From Escherichia coli (GTDB taxonomy: Bacteria; Pseudomonadota; Gammaproteobacteria; Enterobacterales; Enterobacteriaceae): a stretch of DNA of 64,000 nucleotides. Every line of letters begins with the position of its first letter. Position 1 is the first letter of the stretch. This document shows, piece by piece, positions 1 through 12,533 of the stretch. Location: the NCBI RefSeq assembly GCF_013122565.1, contig NZ_CP053258.1; one strand, 5' to 3'. Both the position numbers and the translations under genes were made by a program. The notes beneath the pieces are model-generated. The model did not search any database, was not told the DNA's origin, and worked only from the letters and a program-made list of their open reading frames with translations.

Positions 1-309
1 ACGCTGTAAGCGGCCGATATCAATGGGAGCATCAACACCGGCACGGGTACAACCGCTTTGGCATAATTTCTCCGTCGGGCACACTCTGGCACAAACGGCA
101 CCGAGGGCATTATTTTCGCGAATTGTCTCGGCAGCGCCTTTAAAATTACGAAAGTAGATTGAGCGAATAAATTTCCCCGGATCGGTCTGTGCCGGGCAAG
201 CCTGACTACAGGGAGCGTCGTGACATAATAAACAGCGAGAGGCTTCTTTAATCGCCAGTAAAGGCGTAAAAGCCGGAGTGAGTTCATCCAGATAATTTTG
301 TTGCGGCAT
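1..309 (-). CDS. preT: N-terminal part of NAD-dependent dihydropyrimidine dehydrogenase subunit PreT (YeiT); gene continues beyond window start
   Basis: Minus-strand ATG at 309..307; translation MPQQNYLDELTPAF... with Cys-rich CxxC..C motifs typical of Fe-S binding; synteny next to yeiS-sanA-cdd. Truncated by window edge. Confidence 0.6.
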   Translation of the reverse strand, partial: MPQQNYLDELTPAFTPLLAIKEASRCLLCHDAPCSQACPAQTDPGKFIRSIYFRNFKGAAETIRENNALGAVCARVCPTEKLCQSGCTRAGVDAPIDIGRLQR

Positions 310-502
310 GTGATCTTCCTTAATGCTATGAGTAATTAAGGCGAACGCTAAATAAATATTGCGTGCTGATATTAAGGCTATGCGCGTGGGGAAATTTAAA
401 CTGTGAAAGGATTCACAAATAGCTGCGGTTCAGAATGTTATATCCGCAGCTTATTGAGTGAAGTAATAATTATTCTCAATAATTAACAGAAAAGAGAAAA
501 TA

Positions 503-2498
<1,996 letters not shown>

Positions 2499-2627
2499 GG
2501 CGTTGCCTCATAATCATGTAATGGGATAACAGTTTACGAACCCGTTATGGCTTTATATGTGATCTGAATCTCATTAATTATGCAACGCGTGAAACTTACA
2601 TCAAAAATGCGCGACGCATCGCAAATT

Positions 2628-3754
<1,127 letters not shown>

Positions 3755-3956
3755 TTAATTCGTAAAACGTGCTACCGATCACATTAAGAAATCAGCGCTT
3801 ATTTTTTCGCTCCCCGGTATTACGCAATGAGCAGCGAACTCAGGCATACATCAAGCATAGAGAGGGATTGCAGTTTGCAGCAATCCCTCTTTGCAGACCT
3901 TTAATCCGCTGACCATCGGCGCTAACATAGCGCCTCATTTTTTTGCGGGTGATGAT

Positions 3957-4907
3957 ATGCGTGTGTTACTGGCACCGATGGAGGGAGTGCTTGACTCTCT
4001 GGTGCGTGAATTGCTGACCGAAGTTAACGACTACGATCTGTGCATCACCGAGTTCGTCCGCGTGGTGGATCAACTGCTGCCGGTAAAAGTTTTTCATCGC
4101 ATTTGCCCTGAGCTACAAAACGCCAGCCGGACACCATCCGGTACGCTGGTGCGCGTGCAGTTGTTGGGTCAGTTCCCACAATGGCTGGCAGAGAACGCCT
4201 CCCGTGCGGTGGAATTAGGTTCCTGGGGCGTGGATCTCAATTGCGGCTGCCCGTCGAAAACGGTTAACGGTAGCGGCGGCGGCGCGACGTTACTCAAAGA
4301 TCCTGAACTCATCTACCAGGGTGCAAAAGCGATGCGTGAAGCTGTACCGGCGCATTTGCCCGTCAGCGTGAAAGTGCGTCTGGGCTGGGACAGCGGTGAG
4401 AAGAAATTTGAAATCGCCGATGCGGTTCAACAGGCTGGCGCTACGGAGCTGGTGGTGCATGGGCGGACGAAAGAGCAGGGTTACCGCGCGGAGCATATTG
4501 ACTGGCAGGCGATTGGTGAGATTCGCCAGCGGCTGAATATTCCGGTGATTGCCAACGGTGAAATCTGGGACTGGCAGAGCGCGCAACAATGCATGGCGAT
4601 CAGCGGCTGCGACGCAGTGATGATTGGTCGCGGGGCGCTCAATATTCCCAACCTGAGCCGGGTAGTAAAATATAACGAACCGCGAATGCCGTGGCCGGAG
4701 GTGGTTGCTTTGCTGCAAAAATATACCCGTCTGGAAAAGCAGGGCGATACCGGGTTATATCACGTAGCGCGGATTAAACAGTGGTTGAGTTATTTGCGTA
4801 AAGAATACGCTGAAGCAACAGAATTATTTCAGCATGTTCGGGTGTTGAATAATTCCCCTGATATTGCAAGGGCTATTCAGGCAATTGATATCGATAAGCT
4901 GCGATAA
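3957..4907 (+). CDS. dusC: tRNA-dihydrouridine synthase C, 315 aa
   Basis: Start at ATG 3957 ([13 protein letters not shown]...), Dus-family TIM-barrel motifs (LAPMEGV, catalytic Cys in NCGCP); upstream in-frame extension in ORF track rejected. Confidence 0.9.
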   Translation: MRVLLAPMEGVLDSLVRELLTEVNDYDLCITEFVRVVDQLLPVKVFHRICPELQNASRTPSGTLVRVQLLGQFPQWLAENASRAVELGSWGVDLNCGCPSKTVNGSGGGATLLKDPELIYQGAKAMREAVPAHLPVSVKVRLGWDSGEKKFEIADAVQQAGATELVVHGRTKEQGYRAEHIDWQAIGEIRQRLNIPVIANGEIWDWQSAQQCMAISGCDAVMIGRGALNIPNLSRVVKYNEPRMPWPEVVALLQKYTRLEKQGDTGLYHVARIKQWLSYLRKEYAEATELFQHVRVLNNSPDIARAIQAIDIDKLR

Positions 4908-5294
4908 TAGTGGAATCGCAGCTTATCAGAGACAATGAATCGCTTATTCAGCTTCATCATCTTGTTGCGCTCCTTTCATGAACTAAGCCATATATTGCCA
5001 CTGGCGCAAGGAGCGCGCAGGGGGAGGACAATCGCCTCCTCCCCCTGCACCCCCGGGCTCTGGCGAACAAAATCGCCGCTGCGCGGTACCTTCAGCTTAT
5101 CCCCTTCGGCTACCGGGTCGGGCGCGAGGTAACGTCCTTGTAAGACGCGCCCTCAGCCCACATCCATGTGGGCTGTCCCGGCCTTCGGGGAACGCTTCAG
5201 CGATTTTGACGCCACCAACACCGGAGCTGTTTGCAAATCAAGTACACAAAATATCTAGTTCCTGACCTGACAACTTATATGCCATATCTGATTT

Positions 5295-5378
5295 TTAAAA
5301 TATCATCTTAAATACGCCAGTCACCACCAGTAGCCCAATCAGGAAAATAATCAATACAGCCCAGAGTATAATTTTCAT
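5295..5378 (-). CDS. yohP: 27-aa small membrane peptide (MKIILWAVLIIFLIGLLVVTGVFKMIF)
   Basis: Short minus-strand ORF below the ORF-track size cutoff, single TM helix; matches my recollection of E. coli small protein YohP between dusC and mdtQ. Not verifiable here. Confidence 0.5.
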   Translation of the reverse strand: MKIILWAVLIIFLIGLLVVTGVFKMIF

Positions 5379-5601
5379 TGGCGTTCCTTTATTTGTGAGT
5401 GCTGAATAAGTATAGGAAAAAACGAAGCCCTTTGCCGTTATCCATAAACGATTAAGATAAATCGGAAGATATCATTCACTTAGTGTATATTTTTCTGGAT
5501 ATGTCGTTTTATTGCTACTGATGTATTGCCACGCGAAACTAAAAAATATATCGCAACACACGGTAATCTCCCCGCACCTTTTCTTACCTGATTATTCCCC
5601 C

Positions 5602-7038
5602 ATGAATCGTGATTCCTTTTATCCAGCCATCGCCTGTTTTCCGCTGTTACTGATGCTGGCCGGATGTGCGCCTATGCATGAAACCCGCCAGGCGTTAAGC
5701 CAGCAAACGCCCGCTGCACAAGTTGACACCGCATTACCCACGGCGCTGAAAAATGGTTGGCCAGACAGCCAATGGTGGCTGGAGTATCACGATAATCAAC
5801 TCACTTCATTAATTAACAATGCACTACAGAACGCACCGGATATGCAGGTGGCTGAACAGCGCATTCAGCTAGCTGAAGCCCAGGCGAAGGCAGTTGCTAC
5901 TCAGGATGGTCCGCAGATCGACTTTTCTGCGGATATGGAGCGGCAAAAAATGTCGGCAGAAGGGCTAATGGGGCCGTTTGCTCTGAACGATCCGGCCGCA
6001 GGTACGACCGGTCCGTGGTACACCAACGGAACTTTTGGCTTAACGGCGGGCTGGCATCTCGATATCTGGGGAAAGAATCGGGCGGAGGTTACTGCCCGCC
6101 TGGGTACGGTTAAAGCACGGGCGGCGGAACGCGAGCAAACCCGCCAATTGCTGGCTGGCAGCGTAGCCCGCCTGTACTGGGAGTGGCAAACCCAGGCGGC
6201 GTTAAACACGGTCTTGCAGCAAATAGAAAAAGAGCAGAACACCATTATCGCGACCGATCGCCAGCTATATCAGAACGGGATTACTTCTTCAGTTGAAGGT
6301 GTGGAAACCGATATTAATGCCAGCAAAACCCGGCAGCAGCTCAACGATGTCGCGGGGAAAATGAAAATTATTGAGGCACGGTTAAGCGCACTTACAAATC
6401 ACCAGACAAAGTCATTGAAGCTTAAACCGGTCGCGTTGCCGAAAGTGGCAAGCCAGCTTCCTGATGAACTGGGGTACTCCTTACTGGCCCGGCGGGCAGA
6501 TTTGCAGGCGGCGCACTGGTACGTTGAGTCATCGTTAAGCACCATTGATGCGGCGAAAGCGGCATTTTATCCTGACATCAACCTGATGGCCTTCCTGCAA
6601 CAGGATGCGTTGCACTTAAGCGATCTGTTCCGTCATTCCGCGCAGCAAATGGGCGTTACGGCAGGCCTGACGCTACCCATTTTCGATAGTGGTCGTCTTA
6701 ACGCAAACCTCGATATCGCAAAAGCCGAAAGCAACTTGTCTATCGCCAGCTACAACAAAGCAGTGGTTGAAGCGGTGAATGACGTGGCGCGGGCAGCCAG
6801 TCAGGTTCAGACACTGGCGGAGAAAAACCAGCATCAGGCGCAAATTGAGCGCGATGCCTTGCGTGTGGTAGGTCTTGCGCAGGCGCGCTTTAACGCGGGC
6901 ATCATTGCTGGTTCCCGTGTCAGCGAAGCCAGAATCCCGGCGCTGCGTGAGCGGGCCAATGGCCTGTTATTGCAAGGGCAGTGGCTGGATGCCTCCATTC
7001 AACTCACTGGTGCGTTGGGCGGGGGTTACAAACGCTGA
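5602..7038 (+). CDS. mdtQ: outer-membrane efflux lipoprotein (NodT/OMF family), intact 478-aa reading frame
   Basis: Start at ATG 5602 gives lipoprotein signal MNRDSFYPAIACFPLLLMLAGC (lipobox LAGC); OMF-family coiled-coil/beta-barrel repeats; uninterrupted ORF. Confidence 0.8.
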   Translation: MNRDSFYPAIACFPLLLMLAGCAPMHETRQALSQQTPAAQVDTALPTALKNGWPDSQWWLEYHDNQLTSLINNALQNAPDMQVAEQRIQLAEAQAKAVATQDGPQIDFSADMERQKMSAEGLMGPFALNDPAAGTTGPWYTNGTFGLTAGWHLDIWGKNRAEVTARLGTVKARAAEREQTRQLLAGSVARLYWEWQTQAALNTVLQQIEKEQNTIIATDRQLYQNGITSSVEGVETDINASKTRQQLNDVAGKMKIIEARLSALTNHQTKSLKLKPVALPKVASQLPDELGYSLLARRADLQAAHWYVESSLSTIDAAKAAFYPDINLMAFLQQDALHLSDLFRHSAQQMGVTAGLTLPIFDSGRLNANLDIAKAESNLSIASYNKAVVEAVNDVARAASQVQTLAEKNQHQAQIERDALRVVGLAQARFNAGIIAGSRVSEARIPALRERANGLLLQGQWLDASIQLTGALGGGYKR

Positions 7039-7090
7039 TGATATGCGCCTTCTATACTTAACGTTTATTCAGCGTTAAGTGGAGAACTCG

Positions 7091-7852
7091 ATGGCACAGG
7101 TCGCGATTATTACCGCCTCCGATTCGGGGATCGGCAAAGAGTGCGCGTTATTACTGGCGCAGCAGGGGTTTGATATTGGCATTACCTGGCACTCAGATGA
7201 AGAAGGGGCAAAAGATACCGCGCGTGAGGTGGTTAGCCATGGCGTACGTGCGGAGATCGTGCAACTGGATCTCGGCAATCTGCCAGAAGGTGCGCAGGCG
7301 CTGGAGAAACTCATTCAACGGCTGGGGCGTATTGATGTGCTGGTGAATAATGCGGGTGCAATGACCAAAGCGCCGTTTCTTGATATGGCTTTCGATGAGT
7401 GGCGCAAGATTTTTACCGTTGATGTTGATGGTGCATTTTTATGCTCGCAAATTGCTGCCCGTCAGATGGTGAAACAAGGGCAGGGCGGTCGCATCATCAA
7501 CATTACGTCGGTACATGAACATACACCGTTGCCGGATGCCAGCGCCTACACAGCCGCTAAACATGCGCTCGGCGGGTTAACCAAAGCGATGGCGCTGGAG
7601 CTGGTCAGGCATAAGATTTTGGTGAACGCAGTCGCACCTGGGGCGATCGCTACGCCAATGAACGGCATGGATGATAGCGACGTGAAGCCCGACGCGGAGC
7701 CTTCGATTCCTCTGCGGCGTTTTGGCGCAACGCATGAGATTGCCAGCCTGGTGGTGTGGCTTTGTTCGGAGGGCGCAAATTACACCACCGGGCAGTCGTT
7801 GATAGTGGATGGCGGCTTTATGTTGGCGAATCCGCAGTTCAACCCAGAATAG
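7091..7852 (+). CDS. yohF: short-chain dehydrogenase/reductase YohF, 253 aa
   Basis: Rossmann motif TASDSGIGK and catalytic YTAAK seen; GGAG SD 6 nt upstream of ATG 7091. Confidence 0.85.
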   Translation: MAQVAIITASDSGIGKECALLLAQQGFDIGITWHSDEEGAKDTAREVVSHGVRAEIVQLDLGNLPEGAQALEKLIQRLGRIDVLVNNAGAMTKAPFLDMAFDEWRKIFTVDVDGAFLCSQIAARQMVKQGQGGRIINITSVHEHTPLPDASAYTAAKHALGGLTKAMALELVRHKILVNAVAPGAIATPMNGMDDSDVKPDAEPSIPLRRFGATHEIASLVVWLCSEGANYTTGQSLIVDGGFMLANPQFNPE

Positions 7853-7969
7853 CGCAGTGAGGTGCGTGGTTATTTCAATGGGGAATATTTTGGTAGGCAT
7901 GGTAAGACGCGCCAGCAACGCATCAGGCATGTTGGATGCGGCGCGAGCGCCTTACCCAAGGCAATGGTT

Positions 7970-8548
7970 TTACGCCTGATTATCCGGCTTTTTCTTCCCG
8001 CGCCGTTTCAGCCACCAGCGCACGCCTACCACCAGAACCACGACCAGAATCAACCAGACCCAGTGCTTCAAATGCTGATCGAGATTGTGCAACCACGGCG
8101 CAATCACCTGACCACCAGCGTAACCGATAGTGGTAAAAATCAACGCCCAGGCAAATGCGCCGAGGATATTCAGTGGCAGAAAGATTTTCGGCGGCAGCTG
8201 GCTGGCACCAATCAGCGTCGGGCCAATCACCCTAAAGCCATACATAAAACGCGTACCAATGACAAACAGATACGGATGGCGTTGGATAAGTTTCTGCGCC
8301 CGCTCAATTTTATCCTGATGTTTCGAGAAACGGCGTAACAGCTTGCCGCCAAACCGCCGTCCGCACAGATAGAGCACCTGGTCGCCAATCATGCCGCCAA
8401 GCGCTACAGAAAGTACCACCAGCGGGAACTTTAATAGCTCCTGATGTGCCGCAACGCCTCCCAGCAAAGTCACGGTTTCACCTTCCGCCAGGCTACCGAT
8501 CACCAGCGCGGCATAACCATATTGTGAGATGAGTGTATTGAGATCCAT
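7970..8548 (-). CDS. yohD: DedA-family inner membrane protein YohD, 192 aa
   Basis: Start ATG at 8548..8546 (MDLNTLISQYGYAALVIGS...); DedA-like hydrophobic profile. Confidence 0.85.
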   Translation of the reverse strand: MDLNTLISQYGYAALVIGSLAEGETVTLLGGVAAHQELLKFPLVVLSVALGGMIGDQVLYLCGRRFGGKLLRRFSKHQDKIERAQKLIQRHPYLFVIGTRFMYGFRVIGPTLIGASQLPPKIFLPLNILGAFAWALIFTTIGYAGGQVIAPWLHNLDQHLKHWVWLILVVVLVVGVRWWLKRRGKKKPDNQA

Positions 8549-8717
8549 AGGCCAGTCTGTCTCCCTTTGGTTGTCTGTAAGCATACACCCTGTGAATCAT
8601 TCACGCTGAAAAAGGACATACATCAGACGGTGCAAATTACATGGGTGAACAAAAAATAATCACAAGCTGGCTTATACTTGAACTGTCAGGTTCATGAACT
8701 CACAACAAGGGGGCGGT

Positions 8718-9305
8718 ATGAGCCATGTCTGGGGACTGTTTTCTCATCCCGATCGTGAAATGCAGGTGATTAATCGCGAAAACGAAACGATTTCTCACCA
8801 TTACACCCACCACGTTTTGCTGATGGCGGCGATTCCGGTGATTTGCGCCTTCATTGGCACTACACAGATTGGCTGGAATTTTGGCGATGGCACTATCCTG
8901 AAGTTATCCTGGTTTACCGGACTGGCGCTGGCTGTCTTGTTTTACGGCGTTATGCTGGCTGGGGTTGCGGTGATGGGGCGGGTCATCTGGTGGATGGCGC
9001 GTAATTATCCGCAGCGTCCGTCACTTGCGCACTGCATGGTCTTCGCGGGCTACGTTGCAACTCCGCTGTTTTTAAGCGGTCTGGTGGCGCTCTACCCGCT
9101 GGTCTGGTTGTGCGCGCTGGTCGGCACGGTGGCACTGTTTTACACCGGTTACCTGCTTTACCTTGGTATTCCGAGCTTCCTGAATATCAACAAAGAGGAA
9201 GGCCTTAGCTTCTCCAGTTCGACGCTGGCGATTGGCGTGCTGGTGCTGGAAGTGCTTCTCGCCCTAACCGTTATACTATGGGGCTACGGTTATCGTTTGT
9301 TCTAG
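8718..9305 (+). CDS. yohC: Yip1-family inner membrane protein YohC, 195 aa
   Basis: Start ATG 8718 (MSHVWGLFSHP...); polytopic membrane protein. Confidence 0.85.
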   Translation: MSHVWGLFSHPDREMQVINRENETISHHYTHHVLLMAAIPVICAFIGTTQIGWNFGDGTILKLSWFTGLALAVLFYGVMLAGVAVMGRVIWWMARNYPQRPSLAHCMVFAGYVATPLFLSGLVALYPLVWLCALVGTVALFYTGYLLYLGIPSFLNINKEEGLSFSSSTLAIGVLVLEVLLALTVILWGYGYRLF

Positions 9306-9478
9306 AAAGTTCTTTTGCGTTGCATTGCTGGCGTAAATGTCAGCAATGCAGCATTTCCTCACGATTCTCCTTTGACGATCGCACTTTTTGCTCGTTATGA
9401 TGGCGTCGCTAGCCTCAGTAAATCCTTACTCCGGCGGTGCGCAACCCGTGCGCGTGAACCACTATCTGAATGCTCATC

Positions 9479-10411
9479 ATGCCGAAATTTCGAGTTTCTT
9501 TATTTAGCCTGGCCCTTATGCTGGCTGTGCCTTTTGCACCGCAGGCCGTTGCGAAAACGGCAGCCGCTACCACCGCTTCACAACCGGAAATTGCCTCCGG
9601 TAGCGCGATGATTGTTGATCTGAATACTAACAAAGTGATCTATTCGAACCACCCGGATCTGGTGCGTCCGATTGCGTCTATCAGCAAATTAATGACCGCG
9701 ATGGTTGTGCTGGATGCACGACTGCCGCTGGATGAAAAACTAAAAGTGGATATCAGCCAGACGCCGGAGATGAAAGGGGTCTATTCGCGCGTACGACTGA
9801 ATAGCGAAATCAGCCGTAAAGATATGCTGTTGCTGGCGCTGATGTCTTCAGAAAACCGCGCGGCGGCAAGCCTTGCGCACCATTATCCCGGTGGTTACAA
9901 AGCCTTTATTAAGGCAATGAATGCGAAAGCGAAATCGCTCGGAATGAACAACACGCGCTTTGTTGAACCTACCGGATTGTCGGTGCATAACGTTTCAACT
10001 GCCCGTGACTTAACCAAACTGCTCATTGCCAGCAAACAATATCCGTTGATCGGTCAGTTAAGTACTACCCGGGAAGATATGGCAACCTTCTCTAACCCGA
10101 CGTATACGCTGCCGTTCCGCAATACTAATCATCTGGTGTATCGCGATAACTGGAATATCCAGCTAACCAAAACCGGCTTTACCAATGCGGCGGGCCATTG
10201 TCTGGTGATGCGTACGGTTATCAATAATAAACCGGTGGCGCTGGTAGTGATGGACGCGTTTGGCAAATATACCCATTTTGCCGATGCCAGCCGCCTGCGT
10301 ACCTGGATTGAAACCGGTAAAGTGATGCCTGTTCCGGCAGCAGCGTTGAGCTATAAAAAACAAAAAGCCGCCCAAATGGCGGCGGCGGGGCAGACGGCAC
10401 AGAACGATTAA
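9479..10411 (+). CDS. pbpG: D-alanyl-D-alanine endopeptidase PBP7, 310 aa
   Basis: Signal peptide [25 protein letters not shown], active-site SxxK (SISKLMT), SxN and KTG motifs seen. Confidence 0.9.
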
Positions 10412-10414
10412 GAG

Positions 10415-10600
10415 TAGGCAGGATAAGGCGTTTACGCCGCATCCGGCATTCGGAGCACAATGCCTGATGCGATGTTTGCGCATCTTATCAGGCCTACAAA
10501 CGTGACGCGTCCGTAGGCAGGATAAGGCGTTCACGCCGCATCCGGCATCCGGTGCACGCTGGCTGATAAGATGCTTGCGCATCTTATCAGGACTCCATCT
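10415..10600. repeat. cluster of REP (repetitive extragenic palindrome) units / BIME between convergent pbpG and dld
   Basis: Two copies of GTAGGCAGGATAAGGCGTTyACGCCGCATCCGGCA and two of the GCCTGATGCGAyGyTTGCGCATCTTATCAGG-type palindrome seen directly. Confidence 0.75.
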
Positions 10601-10622
10601 GCATCATGGCATCCAGCCGTAT

Positions 10623-12338
10623 TTACTCCACTTCCTGCCAGTTTTTCCGCTTACTGGTTTTACCGATCCCCGGATTCATACTGTTGGTCGGATCGTTCTC
10701 GCGATAAAACTTCTGCAACGTCTCCGGTGCTTTATACAAATGACCGACGTTATGCTCGGCAGGGTATTGTGCGCCGCGCTGCTGTAGCAGTTCCAGCATC
10801 TGTTCTTTCAACGCATGCACATCCACGCCTTTTTTAACGATGTAATCCTGATGGAAGACATAGCACATAAAATGGCCGTAATAGAGCTTGTGCACCAGCT
10901 GGCTGTCGATCTCCGGCGGTAAATGCTCATACCATTCGGTGTCGTTACGCCGCAGAGCGATATCCAGCGCCAGAATGTCTTCGACTTCATCGGAATGCAC
11001 CGCCTGATAACGAATTGCTGCGCCCGCAGCGGCGAAACGGTGTAAAAACGCTTTGCTGCCTTCCTCCGGCGTACAGACAAAGAAATCGCCCTCGGCCTGT
11101 TTGAAATAATCCACCAGCCACGATTTGGCTTCACCAACGCCATCGCCCGCCATTTTTAACAGCAGATGATGCTCGTATTTATCGCGCCAGTTTTTCATGC
11201 GCGGCGGTAAATGGCTGGGGAACAGGTGACCGAATTTTTGCATCGCACGGTCAGTAAAATGCGGACGGAAGAATTTCACTTTCTCCAGCATCGCATCGGT
11301 GCGTCCCTTGAGATTAAAGAAGAACGGCATCTTATCGGTGCCTAACTTATCAATCATCAGGAAGGTGTCTTTGCCGTATTTTTCCGCAATATCGTAGATA
11401 TCCCGGTGCATATATTCCCCGGCAACCGGCAGATTTTCGAAGTTAGCCAGAATATGACGGCGGATTTCGGTCAGCACTTCCGGCTGGTTGGTGCCGATAT
11501 AAAACACCTGCTGATTTTTTTCCGCTTCGAAGGTATCAAGACGTACTGCAAAGACGGCCAGCTTCCCGGCGCAACCAGACGATTCAAATAACCGATCCGG
11601 ATCGGCGTTATAACGTGCGGGCGTGTCGGCTTCAATATCACGAACGCGGTGGACATAGTCATAATCGTGGGCGTGACGACCATCGTGACGCACATCGTCA
11701 TCTTTGATGCGATCGTCATCCAGCTTGCTAAGGATCTGCTCCGGCGTTTCGCCCAGATCAATCCCCAGATGGTTCACCAGCGTCAGTTTGCCATCTTCAT
11801 TTATACGCGCGAATAACGACATTTCGGTATACGCCGGGCCACGTTGCACCAGCGAGCCGCCGGAGTTGTTACAAATACCGCCGATAACCGATGCGCCAAT
11901 GCACGATGAACCAATCACCGAGTGCGGTTCGCGTCCCAGCGGTTTGAGGGCTTTTTCCAGCGAATAGAGCGTGGTGCCCGGATAGGCCAGCACCTGTTCG
12001 CCCTTGCCAAGAACGTGCAGCTTGTCGAGACGCAGGGTGCTGATGATCACGATATCGCGATCATAATCGTTACCGTTTGGCGTCGATCCTTCGGTCAGGC
12101 CTGTATTGGCAGCCTGCATCAGAATAATTTTGTCGGCGGTGACGCAGGCTTTCAGCACCCGCCACAATTCCAGTAGTGAGCCAGGGAAAACGACAGCCAG
12201 CGCGTCGCCCTGACCAGAACGGAAGCCCTTGCGATAGCGGGCCGTTTTTGCGGGATCGGTGAGCAGGTGTGAATGACCGACCAGACGGGCAAGTTCATTC
12301 AAAAAGGCTTTATTATCAGTTGTTGTCATGGAAGACAT
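10623..12338 (-). CDS. dld: FAD-dependent respiratory D-lactate dehydrogenase, 571 aa
   Basis: Start ATG 12338..12336 (MSSMTTTDNKAFLNELARLVG...); length and sequence match my recollection of E. coli Dld. Confidence 0.9.
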   Translation of the reverse strand: MSSMTTTDNKAFLNELARLVGHSHLLTDPAKTARYRKGFRSGQGDALAVVFPGSLLELWRVLKACVTADKIILMQAANTGLTEGSTPNGNDYDRDIVIISTLRLDKLHVLGKGEQVLAYPGTTLYSLEKALKPLGREPHSVIGSSCIGASVIGGICNNSGGSLVQRGPAYTEMSLFARINEDGKLTLVNHLGIDLGETPEQILSKLDDDRIKDDDVRHDGRHAHDYDYVHRVRDIEADTPARYNADPDRLFESSGCAGKLAVFAVRLDTFEAEKNQQVFYIGTNQPEVLTEIRRHILANFENLPVAGEYMHRDIYDIAEKYGKDTFLMIDKLGTDKMPFFFNLKGRTDAMLEKVKFFRPHFTDRAMQKFGHLFPSHLPPRMKNWRDKYEHHLLLKMAGDGVGEAKSWLVDYFKQAEGDFFVCTPEEGSKAFLHRFAAAGAAIRYQAVHSDEVEDILALDIALRRNDTEWYEHLPPEIDSQLVHKLYYGHFMCYVFHQDYIVKKGVDVHALKEQMLELLQQRGAQYPAEHNVGHLYKAPETLQKFYRENDPTNSMNPGIGKTSKRKNWQEVE

Positions 12339-12533
12339 TTTCCACTCCTTGTGGTGGCGAAAAAATATCACAAACTAGAATAGCGCCTTGTATGACAATT
12401 CAGCGAGTGAATATTTTGAAAATTCAGACAATAAACTGAGCATTCTTTTTCTCTCTCCATCATGCTTATGGCAAACTACGGTTTTTGCACCATTTTCGCT
12501 GCCACGTCGGGCAACAAAGGAAGAAAAATCCAT

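Noticed and set aside
4935-5132. 65-aa plus-strand ORF downstream of dusC
   Set aside because: Pro/Arg/Gly/Ser-rich low-complexity translation of a GC-rich palindromic region; no RBS; more likely structured non-coding DNA (reported separately as a finding).
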